In this document: positions 26,296 to 37,316 of the stretch, piece after piece
Position numbering within the stretch: the stretch's first letter is position 1
How the letters are laid out: every line of letters begins with the position of its first letter
Source: Lama glama
Taxonomy: Eukaryota
NCBI GenBank assembly: GCA_028534125.1
Contig: CM052817.1
Coordinates: 44,642,001-44,706,000, forward strand
Direction: 5' to 3'
DNA length: 64,000 nt
Program-made: the position numbers and the translations under genes
The notes under the pieces: generated by a model
The model's database searches: none
Told to the model about the DNA's origin: nothing
What the model saw: the letters and a program-made list of their open reading frames with translations, nothing else

Positions 26296-29200
26296 CCTAC
26301 TATACTCCAACCACACTGTCTTTCTTCATGTTTCTGAAACACTCCAAGACTTTCCTGCCTCAGCCTAACTTACAAACCTCTTGTATGTCTGATTTCTTAT
26401 TTCTCATCCTTCAGGTCTTAGCTCAGATGTCATCTTATCAGAAAACTCTTTTCCAACCACACTATTTAAAGTCAACCTTGCTCCCAATACTTCACAGACA
26501 ATGCCACTCTGGAACCTACCTTTTTTTTCTCTTAATAACACTTACCAACCCTGAAATTATCATAAACAAATGTATTTACTGCCAGTTTATTTCTACTGTA
26601 CTATCAGGGCAAGGAAGGGCAAGGGAATTATCTGTTAAAGTAGCAACTGTTGCTCATGATACAGAAAATCAGCCAAACATCACCTCTGTTATGTGAGTTG
26701 CTAACTTCTATTCAGTAGTCTGTAACATCATATCATGACTAAGTTCTGAATGTGTTTTGTCATTTCAAAACAGGGTTGTATAACTTAATCCACTGGATAC
26801 TATAACAACTCCATCAGACAAGAATGCTCCATTTTTAAAGACGAAGACACAGATTAAGGAAAGCCAAGTTACCTGCCAGTGGTCGCATAGCCACTTCACA
26901 CTACGGTAGAAATGAAACTCATTTATTTTCACTCCAATCTCTACAGTATTTGGGATATATGTTTTGTTACACTGGACAGCCTGGTCTAAAATGAAGGCAA
27001 AAAAAGATAACATGGAGAAAAAAAGATAAATCAATACAGACATACTAAAGAGCATTTAAAAATAGAGAGATTTAAAAATAAAATAAAGATAGATCTCATT
27101 AATCTCTAAGGTAAGATGCAGTTCAAAATGGAGAAGGAGATAATGAATAGATGCATGAAAGGCTGAGAAATGAAAATTGCAATTGACTTAAAAGCAAATT
27201 CAGGCTCAGATGCCCAGGACAGAGAGCTCTGCACCTCAGTCTACCAAGTTAGAAAAGCCTCCTCTGAAGGCAGGAGTTGGAGAAACACAAGTTCTCTTTT
27301 GTGGGGGTAGTCATTAGAAGAGGGGAAGAAACAGTGCTCAGGTTTAGCAGAGGGTCTTTGCCTTATTTCGTTTCACTGAGAAGAGCCGCGGATGTCAGAG
27401 CATGAGAGATGGGTGGACTCCTGGGATGGTCCGACTGGGAGAACAATGAGTCTGTAGTTCTTTAGATGAAGATGTTCACTGTTTGGAAGTACATCAAAGG
27501 GACAGACGTGGAAGAATCTGTGGGTTAGGTAAGATCCAGAATGTCCTTTGGGGCTTTATTTTTTCAAAGATTGATAGAAAGTCTCTTATGATGTGTCTCC
27601 AATCACATTGTGGGCTCAATGAGACAAACATTTCTTAAATCATGCTCTCTGTATAGGAGGCAGTGCCTTGGGACTATATTAGCTTTAAAAGAAAGCATGC
27701 TACTTGAATGAAAGTTATTACTGACAACATTGATAGGATCACATGCTTAGTTTTTGTCTAAAAACAGAGAACACTTTAAGCAAAGTTTAGATAATTTCTT
27801 AAAGTTTAAATTAAAAACATGAATTGCCATTTTTCCAATCAGTTCAATTCAATAGACATTTACCAAACATTATATATGTGCATGCCATCACTAAATTGAA
27901 GGTCAAACTCAACCCACTTACTTTCATTTTTTAAACAGGGTTTTCTAGTATCATGGCCTTGACATCTTTCTAACAGAGACTTTAAAGAAGATCCTCCTTA
28001 ATATTCATTTGCCTTTCTCTTCATTAATATGTTTTCATTTTCATCATTGTTAAGCACAGTTTAAGCACTGTGGACAAGAGAAAGAAAAGAAGGAAGGAAA
28101 GGAGGGAGGGAGGAAAGAAAGGTCCTTAGCTTCTAGACCAGCCTAACAGGGAGCTAGGATTCATACAAAAGTGTGAATGGCACAACTAGAAAGCAATCAT
28201 TTCCTCACCAGCTGAGCTTTACACACACACATGCGTGTGCACACACACACACACTTTTGTTTTTTATGGTAGAAACCATCTTGACAAGTAAATGAACTTT
28301 ATCATGCTTCAGTTTTCTCTCTGTGTAATGAGGAAGTTGGATTTGACGATGGCTGAGATTCTTTACAGCTCTAACATCCTATAACTCATTCAACATTTAC
28401 TGAGCATTTGTTGTGTGTGGAATGAGAAGTATTTTGCCAGGAGAAACAAGTTATATAGCCTCAGTAAAGCTCATTTCAAAGTGATTACCATTTATTGGCC
28501 AAATGCAAACCGCTCCCTGTACCAGAAGACAGCATGAATAAAGGGGAGATGAGAGGAAGAAAGATTAAATGCAAATGCAGGACAGAGGGGGATGGAACAA
28601 TGAGGGATCAAACAAATTAGTTTAAAGACAGCAGAGAGATGAAGCTAGCCTGGTATGAAGGGCAAAGAATGTTACAGGAAAGAGTAAGAGAAGTAGGGAG
28701 AGAAACTCAGAAGGACAGGCTATTTTAAAAGATCAGTAACAAGCTAGTCTAGCTTGGTTTTGGGAAGGAGATGAAAAAGATGACTTTGGGATGAACGAAA
28801 TCAACCAACCCATGGTTTTGGGAGAACTGCCTAAAATTCAATTTCATATTGAACTCAGGGACCGTGGCTCATAACCTTGTAAGATAACCTTTGTTTTAGT
28901 GTAGAAGAAATGGGCCAAGAAGGACTGTGCGGCTGCTGTTGGTGTGTTGCAATCAAGGATCACTGAGGAAGCTAGAAGGCTGTAAGGTGCTCAGGTTGGA
29001 CGGATGGATATCGAAAATCCAGAATCTCAACACAGTCATCCAGACAATTTAAGTATGTTCCAAGTGAGTAATCTAACCTGTGGACTGTTCCTACTTCCAA
29101 GGCTGCTCACATGCAGTAAAGCAGTTCATTTCACCCTGAAATGGCAGGTTGATTGAGATGTTTTGGATGATTCTCTTCAGAGGAGGAATCATGAAGAGGA

Positions 29201-29864
29201 CTCAGGGATTAGCCCTATCACTAAGGCTAGAAGAACCCAATGAAAGAATTCATTTTAAAATCTGAGTAGTGTCAGACAACAAGAAGCCAGGGGACATATG
29301 TTTGAGGTTATCTCTGATGTCACCTTGCAAACACACCCCCTTATGGATAAAGAATGGATAGGTGTGGCTGGGATAGGGATTGGTAGGGGAAGGCTGTAGT
29401 TTAGACTGACAGGAAGAGGATGATGGTGTTATAGGTGGCAAGAGCAGTTTCAGAGAGGGAGGTGTAACGGTGTGGAAGACAGAACCAACAGAATTTATAC
29501 GTGAGATGGCACAGAAGAGAGTCCAGCCAGAGCAAAGATACCTCTCAGGAGGGCAGAAATCAGTAATATGTGCTCTGAGTGTTGATGATGTAAGAGACCT
29601 AAGAGACAATGACTTACCTTGAATTCCGAAGCCCAGATTTTTTTTTTAAACATATAAGAGAAAATGTCCTTGTTTCCTATAAATGACATCAGAGGCTAAA
29701 AAACACAGGACCCAGAGACCAGCTGTGTAGCACCAAGATTCCTGTTGTCGCCAGTACTTCTTAAATACCTTGTCTTCCAACCCAGCCCTCTGACACACTG
29801 AATTTTTTTTTGGACAAGTGCAATCATTTCCAACAACCGGGCCATTCAGAAACACTTCATTTCT

Positions 29865-30205
29865 CTAAAAGCTCTTCCAAGAATTTCTCTGCTTGACCGC
29901 TTCAAGGAGCTCTCTGCTGGTGACAGCTTTTCTGTGGTTGTTGAAGAGCAGTCTAGCTGCCTGCAGGCTGATCTGTCCCAGTCACCAGTGGTCCAGAGAG
30001 CCCAGTGCGCCCAGGACCCAGGAGCATCCACTGACGCCTGCGCGGGTTTGCTTTAGGATTTCCCCCATGTAAGTAAAATCAGCCTCCTTCTTCTCCTCTT
30101 CTTCCCAAAGGCTGAACTGGCCCACTCACACTTCTTTTTGGCTGGGCTGCACTTTTTAGTCTTCTTCTTAGGGAGCCTTAGGCCATGTAGGCATATGAAG
30201 TACAT
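29865..30205 (-). pseudogene. Intronless, disabled retrocopy of histone variant H2B.N (H2BN1-like)
   Basis: ATG at 30205 reads MYFICLHGLRLPKKKTKKCSPAKKKCEWASSAFGKKRR. After a frameshift in the AG-rich run (about 30085-30103) it reads KEADFTYMGEILKQTRAGVSGCSWVLGALGSLDHW*LGQISLQAARLLFNNHRKAVTSRELLEAVKQRNSWKSF* (TGA at 29982-29984, TAG at 29865-29867). This matches recalled H2B.N: MYFICL start, truncated C-terminus ending KSF, histone-fold motifs ILKQ and AVTSRE. No intron. A10 run downstream at 29638-29647. Confidence 0.85.
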
Positions 30206-30489
30206 GTGGAGGTTTTACTCCTTTGAAGTGCACGAAAATGATGCCTCCCCCAGTGAAGGCAACACAACAACACTTATTAACAAATGTTAAGCAGTCCCTC
30301 CTTTGATGGGACTTGAACTTAAAGGAGTTCTTACACCTATTTTAGGGGACCTTATAGGACTAAGATTTTAAAATATCCTTTCCCTCTAATAAATTTAGAA
30401 ACATATGTAACAAAATATTAATCCCGTATTTCCCCCAGATAACATTTCTGGAATCTAGACAGAGACAAATATCTGGTAGGCAACAATGA

Positions 30490-30770
30490 CCAAGTGGCAT
30501 AGCCTGTTAAGTGCACGGGCTCTGGAGAACCAGACTGCCTGGACTCAAACTCCAGCTCTAGCATTTACTGCTAGCTGTGAGGACTTCAGAAAGCTACTCA
30601 GATTCTGTGTCTCGGTTTCTCATGTATAAAGTTGGCATAATAATGCAGCCTTCCTCACGAAGTTGTGGAAATTAAATGTGTTAACACGTGCGGATCTCTT
30701 GGCACTGAGCCTGGCACAGAGTAAGCACTTAGCAAGTGCCAGCATTTACTAGTGATTGCTACCTGTTGTT
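30490..30770. mobile_element. MIR SINE
   Basis: GGGCTCTGGAG...CAGACTGCCTGG..TCAAACTCCAGCTCT...GCCTGGCACAGAGTAAGCACT. Confidence 0.85.
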
Positions 30771-31394
30771 GTTTGTTGGTGTTGTAGTCGTTACTTGATT
30801 TATGAATCCTAGGGGCAGGTGCATCCCCACAACAGGTGAAACTGCTTTTCTCAGTCACAATACAGAGTGAGTCATAATACAGTCATGCTGCCAACTTCCT
30901 GAACTATTAAATTACTTGAGCTTCTATAGACAATCCCTGTTAAAAAGATAGTTACCCTTTCTTTTTGAAGTTCACAGATTATAGAGGCTCTTTTCTTAAC
31001 TCCACCTTTCCTTTTCAAGGACATTAAATCCCAAAGAAAATGATCTGGAAATGATTTCCTTTATGGCCACCCTTTTGTAGCTCCTTTTCCCCCATTCATT
31101 CTCCTGCCTCATTTGTACCTAAAGAAAAATGATAACTTCATTCATTATATTGTCATCCATGCCTGGCAGCTTATAACTGCTTTGTATAAGTGTACGTGCC
31201 TTTCATAGGTACGACTCAATGTGTTCTGTCCCTTCCCTTCACTTACAGTGGGGGTCACCCTACTTTAGGGGAATAGTGAACATTTGGTTAGCAGCGTATG
31301 AGCTCTTGTGCACTTTTTCCATAGAAATAAGATCTGGGATTCACACAAAATCAGCCACTTAATTTCACTTACCTCATCCCTGGTACTGTCTTAA

Positions 31395-31910
31395 TTATGT
31401 GGACTTTCATCAATGTTCAAATGCCCTCTCTCCCCAAAGATATCCACGTTCTAATCTCTGGAAACTGTGCATATATTAGGTTACATAGTAAAGAGGAATT
31501 AAGGCCACAGACAGAAATAAGGTTTTACTCAACTGATATTAAAACAGGGAGGTAGATTATCCTGGTGGGCCCAATGTAATCTCACGGGTACTTTAAAATG
31601 GGAAGAAGGAGGCAAGAGTTAGAGATCAGAATAATGCAATGTGAGAGGGACTCAACCTGCGTTGCTGGGTTAGAAGATGGAGGAACGGGGCCAGGAGCCA
31701 GGGAATGTGGGCAGCTTCTAGAAGGTGGAAAGAGTAACGAAATAGATTTTTTTCCCTCTACAGCCTCCAAAAAGGAACACAGCCTTGTTGACACTTTGAT
31801 TTTAGCCCAGTGAGACCTGTGTTAGACTTGTGACTTAGAGAACTGTAAGACACTAAGTTTGTGTTGTTTAAGTGGTAATTTTTACAGCAGCAATGGGAAA
31901 CTGATACACG
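31395..31910 (+). mobile_element. MaLR solo LTR (MLT1D-like)
   Basis: CCCCAAAGATATCCACGTTCTAATC...GGGCCCAATGTAATC...GACACTTTGATTTTAGCCCAGTGAGACC...ACAGCAGCAATGGGAAACTGATACA. Confidence 0.85.
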
Positions 31911-31999
31911 CTTCAGCTGTGGAGATCTGCCTGGCAACCTCATCTCCTGGGACTCTGCCTCCCTGCTTACATTGCCTCCTGCTCTGTTTCGTCTTGGCT

Positions 32000-32300
32000 T
32001 ATTAATTCAGCAGAAGTTACTGAGCACCTATTCTGTGCTAGGTACTCTGCTGGATCTCAGAAATGCAAGATGAATAAGACACAGCCCATGAATTTTCATT
32101 TACTCAACAAATATTTGTGTACCCGGGGTCTGAGTTAGAGATGATAGAGATGAAAAGGAAATAGTCCCAGCCCTTCAGGAGGCTCATAAACTTCTGAGAA
32201 GACAGTCAAAATTTTTTAAAAAATAATGATTTGGCGCAATAAATGCAAGCTAAGGCGTATAGAAGAGAGACCACCCAACCCAATTTGATGTCAGGAAAAC
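32000..32300. mobile_element. L2 3' fragments
   Basis: TTACTGAGCACCTATTCTGTGCTAGG; TCATTTACTCAACAAATATTTG. Confidence 0.65.
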
Positions 32301-32384
32301 CACAGAGAGAGGGAGAAATGGAGCTTGGATTTATATGAGTTTGCCAGACAGACAGGGTGGGGAGAGATATTCAAGAACTCTGAA

Positions 32385-32515
32385 GCCATATGGCACTTGA
32401 AATCTGGCTAGTGGATATGAGAGACAGAATCTAAAATTGAATTTCATTTTAATTACTTTTAATTGAAATGGAAATAGCCACGTGTGGCTGGTGGCTACCA
32501 TACTGGACAGAGCAG
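32385..32515. mobile_element. hAT-Charlie MITE fragment (MER3-like)
   Basis: GCACTTGAAATCTGGCTAGTG...AATAGCCACGTGTGGCTGGTGGCTACCATACTGGACAG. Confidence 0.7.
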
Positions 32516-33129
32516 ACCACACCAGATTATACCCTTGGAAGGAAGGAGATGGCCTTCTCTTTGCTCTTTTTTCCACTTCTTACTGACTGGAAAGCAGATG
32601 TTGTGGCAAGTCACCTCGGACCATGCAGACGAGGCATCCCCCCAGAGATGGAAGTAAGAAAGTAAAAGGGACTTGTGTCCCTGACCCCACGCAGCCATCT
32701 TTCAGTTTGGCTTATGCTCAGGTCATCATGTGAGACAGATATAAATTCCTACATTGTTTAAGCTATTGTTAGCTTGAATTTCTGTACAGCAGCCAAATCT
32801 GTATCCTAATACAAATGTCTCCTAGAATAATGGAAAATTGTCACAACCTTTGCTAAGATTTTCTTTTAGCTCTTTCTGCATACCAGCCCCTATGCTAACT
32901 ATTCTAAATGTATGGTTTCATTTAATCCCCCCTACACAGTCTGATGGAGATAATCGTTTACCCCCGTTCTGCAGATAAAATGGAGCCTTAGCAGAGTGGC
33001 TCATTGGTAGTAGGATTAGGGCTGTTTGACAGCAAACTATATTCTAGTGAACAGATACATATCTTATCATCAAAGACCAGGCAAAATGAGTGTACAACCA
33101 GAGTTTTAAAATGCAGAGATGATACTTGT

Positions 33130-33670
33130 GTCTGTGGCAGACATTCTCAGCTATATACCCAGCACCCATTCCCTCCTTCTTCCTGAAAACAGAAACTCAA
33201 TTTGTTCAAATAGTAGACAAAGATTCCTCGACAACAGGAAGGTTAGGTTTCTATTGCAAACCAGGAAAGAAATCTTGACTGGTCTAAACTAGTCACAGAA
33301 ACCTCATTGCCCTTGGCCATAACTGGTCTAAGGATAGCTTTGTGGCACAGTTCTGGTCAATGAGATGCAAGCAAAAGTCAAATAGGGAGCTTGTCCCTTT
33401 CCAAGCAAAAAGCCAAATCCCTGCCCAGAATGAAGCTGCAATGCTGGAGGTATGGTATCCACCTTGCAACCATGAAGACAAAAGCCAACATCATGAAGAA
33501 GGCAGAGTGGAGAGATAGTGAAGTTACTGATGACATTAGGAGCTGCTGCTCCTAGCCTGCACAGCCTAACTCCAGACTTCATGTAATATGAGAAAAACTA
33601 ACCCCAATTTATTTAGACCATTATCAGTTGGGTTTTCAGTAACATAGCTGGAATCTTTGCTAACTGATAC
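33130..33670 (+). mobile_element. Old MaLR LTR (MLT1J/K-like)
   Basis: TGTGGCAGACA...CAGTTCTGGTCAATGAGATG...GTTGGGTTTTCAGTAAC...CTAACTGATACA. Confidence 0.65.
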
Positions 33671-34751
33671 ATATATATGTACACATATCTTTTGTTTTCT
33701 TATGAAGGTAAGGAAATGTTACACAACTTACAGTGACATTCTGCACACTCTTGGTTGACTGCTGGAAACCAGTTCCCACCGGCTTATTATGCACAGTAAG
33801 AATCATTTCAGTCCCTCTCAAAACACAGATATCGGTGGGATATGAAAACTAACCTTAAATAAGTAACAGAGCTCAGGCAAAATGTATATTTACCTCTTTC
33901 CCATCCTCAGACTAAAAATAAATTTTCCCCCTCAATTACATATGTTTCTTGAGTAATGTTTATGTGTGAAAAGCACTTATACTCTCTTGTTTTAGACTGC
34001 TAGTATTCTGAAATTTTAAAAAAAATCTCTGTAATCTTTCTTAATCTCTGTAGTTTAAGAGAAAAGCAAAACTACAAGCCTAATGCATAAAAACGGTTCA
34101 TTCTACCTACTCACACCAAAGATAAAGGAAGAATTGAGGCGTGTTGCAGGAGGACTAAAATTTAAAAATTGGCTTAAATACATAGATAAATAGAAGAGGC
34201 AGAAATGCTGTTTTGCCCTTGAATTATACTAAAAGCTGATTTAATTCTCTGTGAGTGTGCAAAAAGCAATAAATAATATTTATGCAATTATCCAGAATTA
34301 CAAATTCTAAAATATTTTGGAATGCTAGATATTTTCCACTGAAAGGAGAAAGCGGGTATTTTCCTAGCCACATGCTAAATAAATGCGCACGTACACAGAT
34401 ATACACCATGCCACCACCTTAACCAAGCTGTTAACCTTTAATCCGATTTATAACTGAAGAGATCATGTGGTAGCTAGTTTTACACTATTTCATTCACAAA
34501 AAGAGATTATCGATCAAACAAGTACATTTTTCCCTGGGATTTCACAGAATAAACGAGCTAGACACATTTTCACTTTCAAACACCAAGCTATGCAAAGTAT
34601 TTCCAGATATAATTAGAAAGGTATGAAACAGCAAATTAAGCAATATCCAGGCAATCCCCAGCATTATCTTTGTGTTTTTGACAGATCTGACAAAAGTTGA
34701 AAGGTTGAAAAAGCAACTGGAATAAAGACAAGATTGGAAAAATAAACATAC

Positions 34752-34919
34752 CTTAGAGATGATTAATGGTTCTCCGTGCTCCAGGCCACCTTTCAAAGTA
34801 AAACCCCAGGGAGCTCCTCCCTGCAGGAAGGCTTCCAGATAAATGTACCTTCCCCTGGGGGTCCTGTTAGGGTTTAGTGTGGCACTAGGCTCCTCGAAGT
34901 TCTCTGTGGTCCTCATCAT
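34752..34919 (-). CDS. SHROOM3: Shroom3 first coding exon (56 codons; N-terminus and start of the PDZ domain)
   Basis: Translates as [56 protein letters not shown], matching the recalled mammalian Shroom3 N-terminus with the PDZ 'GAPWGF' loop. Ends at a phase-0 donor AAG|GTATGT (34752/34751). The divergent neighbour CCDC158 matches known synteny. Confidence 0.96.
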
Positions 34920-35900
34920 GCCAAATACATGATCCCTCGAGTTAAAGTTTAAATGCCTGGAGCAGATTCAGGAAAGCAGTGGCTCTACCGCACATTATTC
35001 CACCCTTCAGGATGCACGCCAGCCAAAAGGGAAGTTTTCAGAAAATAATTCTTTCAGTTGTAAAATGTCCTTCCAAGCTTAACTGCAAGATCCTGAACCA
35101 GGAGGATTTTCCAATTCAACATCTCTGAATGTAAATTCTCATCCTGGAATTTCCAATCCTTGTGGAAGCTCCCTAAGTGGTGTCTATCTATCCACTCTGT
35201 TCAAAAAAAAAAAAACTTCTTTCAATGTCACTCTTAAGATGGCTTTTATTTCACAGATACATACACCAAAACTTTCCCTGTAGATTTTACAGAGAAACTT
35301 AAAGCCATCTTACAATGTAGAAAGGAAATTGCAGAAACTTGAACGAATACCTCAGTTTTGATTGATTATCAACCCTTTCTTCCTCTCCGAGTGAAATTTA
35401 CCATTACAATAGCCTCCCCTCTCCCCAGCAGTTTTAAAAGAAAGAAAGCACTTACTATGCTTCTTCTTGCTTCAGAATTTTCTAACTTGTCCCAAAGAGA
35501 CAGAGAAGCTTTGATAAAACTTTTGGTCTGCATTTTTCAGCAATAAGTTCATAGTTTGTTTCTTGAAGAAAAAAAAAAGTTTTTGCAGGATGGAGAGAAA
35601 AATGGAAAAAAAAGCATTGGTAAATTCACATTCAGTGGAAAAATTATCCAGGAGGCAGCTTAATACTTTCTTTGGTATTTTCAGGGATGACCAGACACTG
35701 CTGCTGCCGCGGTAGCCACTTGCCTCATCTGAAAGAAAGAGTAAGGAAGGGAGAGGAAATGGATTAGGGCAAACAGAGGGACCGCAACCTTTCTGCACAA
35801 TAAGCACTGCTATGCGGAATTCAGTTCACCACAGAGACCCAGCCAATCAAAACAGTCTTACAGTTGATAAAACGTAGACAGTTAGAAATACCTTACAGAT
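34920..35900 (-). promoter_or_regulatory. SHROOM3: Probable long 5' leader and proximal promoter of the long SHROOM3 isoform
   Basis: Repeat-free unique sequence directly upstream of the ATG, with a CCAAT motif (AGCCAATCA at about 35841). The exact TSS cannot be determined from sequence. Confidence 0.5.
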
Positions 35901-35929
35901 GGCTAATTAGCAAGGAGTAGAAAAATAGT

Positions 35930-36056
35930 TAATAGAATAGCCCCACCTTGTTCCAATTAAACCAGAATCTCTGGGGGTGAAACTCAGGCACTGACATTTT
36001 TTTTTTTTAAAAACGCCGGGCGATTCCGCTGTGCAGCCAAGTTTGAGAAGCAGTGC
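35930..36056. mobile_element. MER5A-like hAT MITE fragment
   Basis: CAGAATCTCTGGGGGTG...GTGCAGCCAAGTTTGAGAAGCAGTG. Confidence 0.7.
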
Positions 36057-36395
36057 CCTGAGCGGTTTTGGTAAACATTTAAGTCAGTGTTAAGGTGACA
36101 GCACAAGGGCTTTATTTTGTTCACTAGAAGAAAATGCCAAGTAAAACATATGACCAGCTTCTCATCCTGAAATAGGACTCTCCAACCAAATTTCTGCTTG
36201 TCTGATTCAATACAAACAGGACGCAGACTTTTTTCTGTCTTTTAATTGTTATCTACTCCAAGACTGTTTGTTACCCATTCTTTAAATGTAAAGAAATGTC
36301 TGGCAAGTAATGGGCACTCAAGGCGGAATGTTGTCCTGACTTCAGGTTAGCAGTGGAATTTTGTAATAATGCTATATAGAATTTAACATTAATAC

Positions 36396-36805
36396 TGTTA
36401 CTGAAGGCAAGTTTGTGTGCCCCCTGCACCATGAGGCCAAACAAACTGAAAAGTCGAAGTTTTGCAGGACCAAGCAGGGAGGACGGGGTGGTTCATGCCC
36501 AAGAAAACCCTGAATTCCCCAAAGGGTTTCAGCAAAGCATACTTAAAAGCCAGGTAAGGGTGGGGTCGCAGGGTACGTGATCAGCTCGTGCACAGTTCTC
36601 TGATTGGTTGGTGTGGAGGTAACCAGGGGGTCAACGCTATCAACCCCTAGGTGCCACGTGCTCTTGCTCATTAAGTAATTTCTTCCCTTTGGTGGTGGTA
36701 TTAAGCATCTGGAAAACTCAGGAAATATTCAGAGAAGAGCTAAGGCAGAGGATATGGGGGAGGGGTCTGACCCAGGGAGGCCCCACAAGGTCCTGCTCGG
36801 TAACA
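36396..36805 (-). mobile_element. ERV1-like solo LTR (about 410 bp)
   Basis: Terminal inverted repeats TGTTACTGA...TCGGTAACA. On the minus strand: ACCAATCAGAGAACTGTGCACGAGCTGATCAC (CCAAT box) followed by a TTTTAAG TATA-like box. Confidence 0.75.
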
Positions 36806-36913
36806 AACTTTCTTTTATCCAGAAGCCTCAGCTGTCAAGTTATTGAAACAATTTAGAATTATTTCCAAGGGATATTTTGCTAAAACTTTTTCTGTTTAAA
36901 AGTATGTGATAAT

Positions 36914-37043
36914 GGGAGGAGAGGATATTGTTCAGTGGTAGAACACATACTTAGCATGCACGAGGTCCTGGGTTCAATCCCCAGTACCTCCACTAAAAAA
37001 ATAATAATAATAAATAAATAAACCTAATTACCCCCCCCAAAAA
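36914..37043 (+). mobile_element. Camelid vic-1-like SINE
   Basis: TCAGTGGTAGAACACATACTTAGCATGCACGAGGTCCTGGGTTCAATCCCCAGTACCTCC...AAACCTAATTACCCC plus A tail; TSD GTATGTGATAATG. Confidence 0.92.
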
Positions 37044-37057
37044 CGTATGTGATAATG

Positions 37058-37316
37058 TCAGACATAGAAAACAAACTTCTGGTTACCAAAGGGAAAAGAA
37101 TAAATTAGGAGTTTGAAATTAGCAGATGAACACTACTATATGTAAAATAGATAAACAGCAAGGTCCTATTATATAGCACATGATGTATTCAATATCTTGT
37201 GATAACCTATAATGGAAAAGAATCTGAAAAAGAATATATATATATATAACTAAATCACTTTGCTGTATACTTGAAACTAGCACAACACTGTAAATCAACT
37301 ATACTTGAATTTTTTT
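37058..37316 (+). mobile_element. Short L1 3' tail
   Basis: CAGACATAGAAAACAAACTT.TGGTTACCAAAGGG...GTAAATCAACTATACTT. Confidence 0.85.

Noticed and set aside
26262..26696. 144-aa ORF
   Set aside because: Spans MLT1 LTR and L2 remnants; no recognisable domain.
29846..30031. 61-aa ORF MDAPGSWAHW... and neighbouring short ORFs
   Set aside because: Alternative-frame readings of the H2B.N retrocopy and its UTR.
30293..30313. Hairpin AGTCCC-N9-GGGACT near the histone retrocopy
   Set aside because: Lies 5' of the ORF and does not match the histone 3' stem-loop consensus; a 6-bp stem is expected by chance.
34542..34751. ORF extension beyond SHROOM3 exon 1 (VCLFFQSC...)
   Set aside because: Read-through into the intron past a canonical donor; no PDZ similarity.
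36914..36992. tRNA-like sequences here and at about 15726 and 24660
   Set aside because: They are SINE heads with AT-rich tails, poly(A) and TSDs, not tRNA genes.
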